A stretch of 64,000 bases of DNA from Stegostoma tigrinum (lineage: Eukaryota), in contig NC_081396.1 of NCBI RefSeq assembly GCF_030684315.1, positions 4,340,001-4,404,000 on the forward strand, given 5' to 3'. The notes below the pieces were generated by a model, which did not search any database, had not been told where the DNA came from, and saw only the letters and a program-made list of their open reading frames with translations. Both the position numbers and the translations under genes were made by a program. Positions 61,442-64,000 of the stretch are shown one piece after another; within the stretch, counting starts at the first letter, position 1, and each line of letters begins with the position of its first letter.

Positions 61442-63099
61442 ATCCAAGCCAATGTTACCTTCCGGCTTGACCTTTGGTTTGCATTCCTGGCTAGCGTCTC
61501 ACCTGGCTGCATGGGATCATTCAAAAACCTGTTTGCCGTGTGTTTTTCCATACCTCGTCCTTCACCTAACATCCCTGTGATTTGATAGTTCCAAAATTTA
61601 TCTCGGGACACTTTCCAAACTAAAGGTGTGATGTAAAAGAATTAAAAGATAAATCAGATTGTAACAGAGTGTAAAGAATGGTATAACAGTAAATACCCAG
61701 GTGAGTGAGTTGGGTCGCATGACCCTGAATGACAGAAGAGATCTGAGTGACAGAATGGCTTCCTCCTGTAACCATATTCCACAGAAACTTTGGTTCCAAA
61801 CACAAAGGACCAAGCCCCTTAAAGAATGCAAAGTTGCCCTGACTGTCACTGCTCATTTGTGCACGTTCACCCTTCGATTTCTACTGATTCTTTCTGCAAA
61901 TGATATTCACAAAGCTCAACACTGAATCTTGTGTTTCGGTTCCTTTCCACTTCCTGGAGCTGAGTGAATTCCTCAGTGTGTATGGGAAACTGAAAGCTCG
62001 CCACGAGCAGTTTGTTGGATTATTTCACCTTCCAACTCTCAGTTAATGCTGGGAGATTGAAGCTGATATTCCCATGGACATGAAGTGATCTGAGGCATCA
62101 GGAATTCAAGACTTATCCCAGCTTCATGGGAATCAGAAAACTTTGTGTAGAAGTATGGAAAACGTGAAAAGAGCAGCCAAACCATGTCGGATTTGAATCT
62201 GCACTCTGCTGACCTGTCACCTGCGCCATCATCGATTGCATTGGTACCCGACACATATCCAGCTTCCACCTGCTGCAGATTTGTGGTGTGATCGGGAAAA
62301 GGAGCATTCACAACGTGAGAAAGAAGCAAGCGTAATAATTGTCACTGTTTCACTTCAATGGTCCCCATTTTGTGAAGTGGTGAATATCACTGGCAAAGGA
62401 AACACATTTGTCACAGTCGTCAGTTGTCTGCTTCAGTGTCGGCTCTCTCTGCGAGACGTTTCGATCATTTTATTCAAAGTTTCTTCGCGATTTTATGACT
62501 CACCCCCGTGAATCTTATTTCACACTTTGACCGTGGCCTTTTCCAGGTGAGGCCCCAAACAAATTCACCGACAAACGTTTGGTTCTTTGTCGACTGGGCT
62601 TTGGAATCAGACAAGTAGAACGACATTTTTATTGGTGCTACCCTTCACTGGAGCTCAGTACCTCAAAGCAGATCCCTCTTACCATCGGCCTGTTTTGCAC
62701 CTTGCTAAAATATGTTTGCTGAACATCAGATGTTCACAACTCCTCATTCTTCACAGTGAAATAAGGTGCGATAATATGAACCAGTTCAAAATTAGAGAGA
62801 GACACTGTACTGCTGAAGTTGGCTTTGACATCATGAATTGACACAAGTGTGAGTAGAATTTAGTTCGCAAGAGTTTGCCTCGGCAACACTGGTGTTAACT
62901 GCCTCGGATTTATAATTTACTTCACCCTTGACTGGACACAACTCCAAGTCGAGAAATAAAGATTTATTGCAAATTATCTGAATGAAAATTAATCCCTCGT
63001 AACAAGCAGAACACCCATCCAGAATCCGTTCGAATCAGTCCAATGAGAGTTTACTTCATGACTGAAGGACAATGACAGTAGAAATACGGGAAACTATCA

Positions 63100-63320
63100 T
63101 CCATCAATCCCCTCAAAGCACTCACCATTTCGAGTTTGAATACATTACTGTTGCTTCACAGCCGCTGGGTCTAAAACCTTAAACACCATATGTAATAGCA
63201 ACAACGTTTTACCTACGGGTCAACGAGTTCAATGGTTCAAGAAAGCCACTCATCACCTCCATATCTAGATTAATTCGGGATGGGCAACAAATCCTATCTC
63301 ATTGATTGACGTCCATATCC
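63100..63320 (+). mobile_element. Old LINE 3' end fragment
   Basis: CTTCACAGCCGCTGGGTCTAAAACC...GGTTCAAGAAAGCCACTCATCACCTCC...GGGATGGGCAACAAAT. Confidence 0.55.
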
Positions 63321-64000
63321 GAGACTTAATTTTCAGAACTTGTCGTTTCTAATCAGAGAAATGTAATTGCAACATGTCCAGAGTCAAAGCCAGGGAGCGA
63401 AATAAAAGTGAAAAACAATGATCACTGGGAGGCATGGCGTAAGAGGAGAGTATGGAGCTGATGGTGCAAGGTTCAGTGTTGGTGCTCATTGAGGCTCACA
63501 TTTCAGTCCCAGCCAATTCACCACAATGACATCACAATCCTCTTGTGATGTCCAACTTTGCATATTAACACAGGTTATGGTCCTCGATAGAATGAACATA
63601 ACCCCTTCTTACCGTTAGTTTTCAGATGAATATTTCAGTTTGAAACCACTTCCAGAGGAGATTGACTACTTCTGTGCATTTCCATTGGATAATATTCATC
63701 TGAGAACTGTCCATAAAAGCAAGAGTTTTGAAATTCTTGCTGAGCAATTTGGAAGGAAAAAAAAACAAAAAATACAATGCGCTACTGTGAACTAGTTGTT
63801 AAAAAAAGAGGGCAAATGGCTGTAGCCAGGCCAAGAGTATTGTGGTGTAGTTGATTAATGCCTTTCCTGGGAAACAGAAAAACCTGTAATCAAGCTCCCG
63901 TTAGGATGTATACCTCAAATTATTGATTCCTTGCGCAAGCTTCTTTCAAATGCCCTGTGTTGAGACAATTTTTTAATGTGAAACGAGACACCTATTGACT

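Overview
Eukaryotic genomic DNA from a cartilaginous fish (shark). This is inferred from the Ig cluster architecture and repeat families, not from a database search. The + strand holds one complete, unrearranged IgM heavy-chain cluster at 9.9-30.5 kb: promoter, leader, VH(23-RSS), (12)D1(22), (12)D2(12), (23)JH, a 9.5-kb intron, CH1-CH4, secretory tailpiece, TM1 and TM2. Leader, VH, JH, CH1, TM1 and TM2 are open. CH2 is 3'-deleted, CH3 has a stop and a lost Cys, CH4 has a stop and a frameshift, and VH carries Cys in place of the conserved Trp, so canonical IgM cannot be made. About 12.6 kb downstream, in the same orientation, is a decayed TCR Valpha/delta-like V segment with a 23-spacer RSS remnant. 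The window also has two decayed C2H2 zinc-finger genes, possible CUB/sushi exon relics, CR1/L2 LINE and SINE fragments, and N-blocks. Two families of Penelope-like elements (PLEs) carry minimal hammerhead-ribozyme motifs, seen as a perfect 416-bp palindrome, short hairpins, a tandem ribozyme unit and a ~100-bp ribozyme-only insertion with TSDs. Most ORF-track entries are noise.
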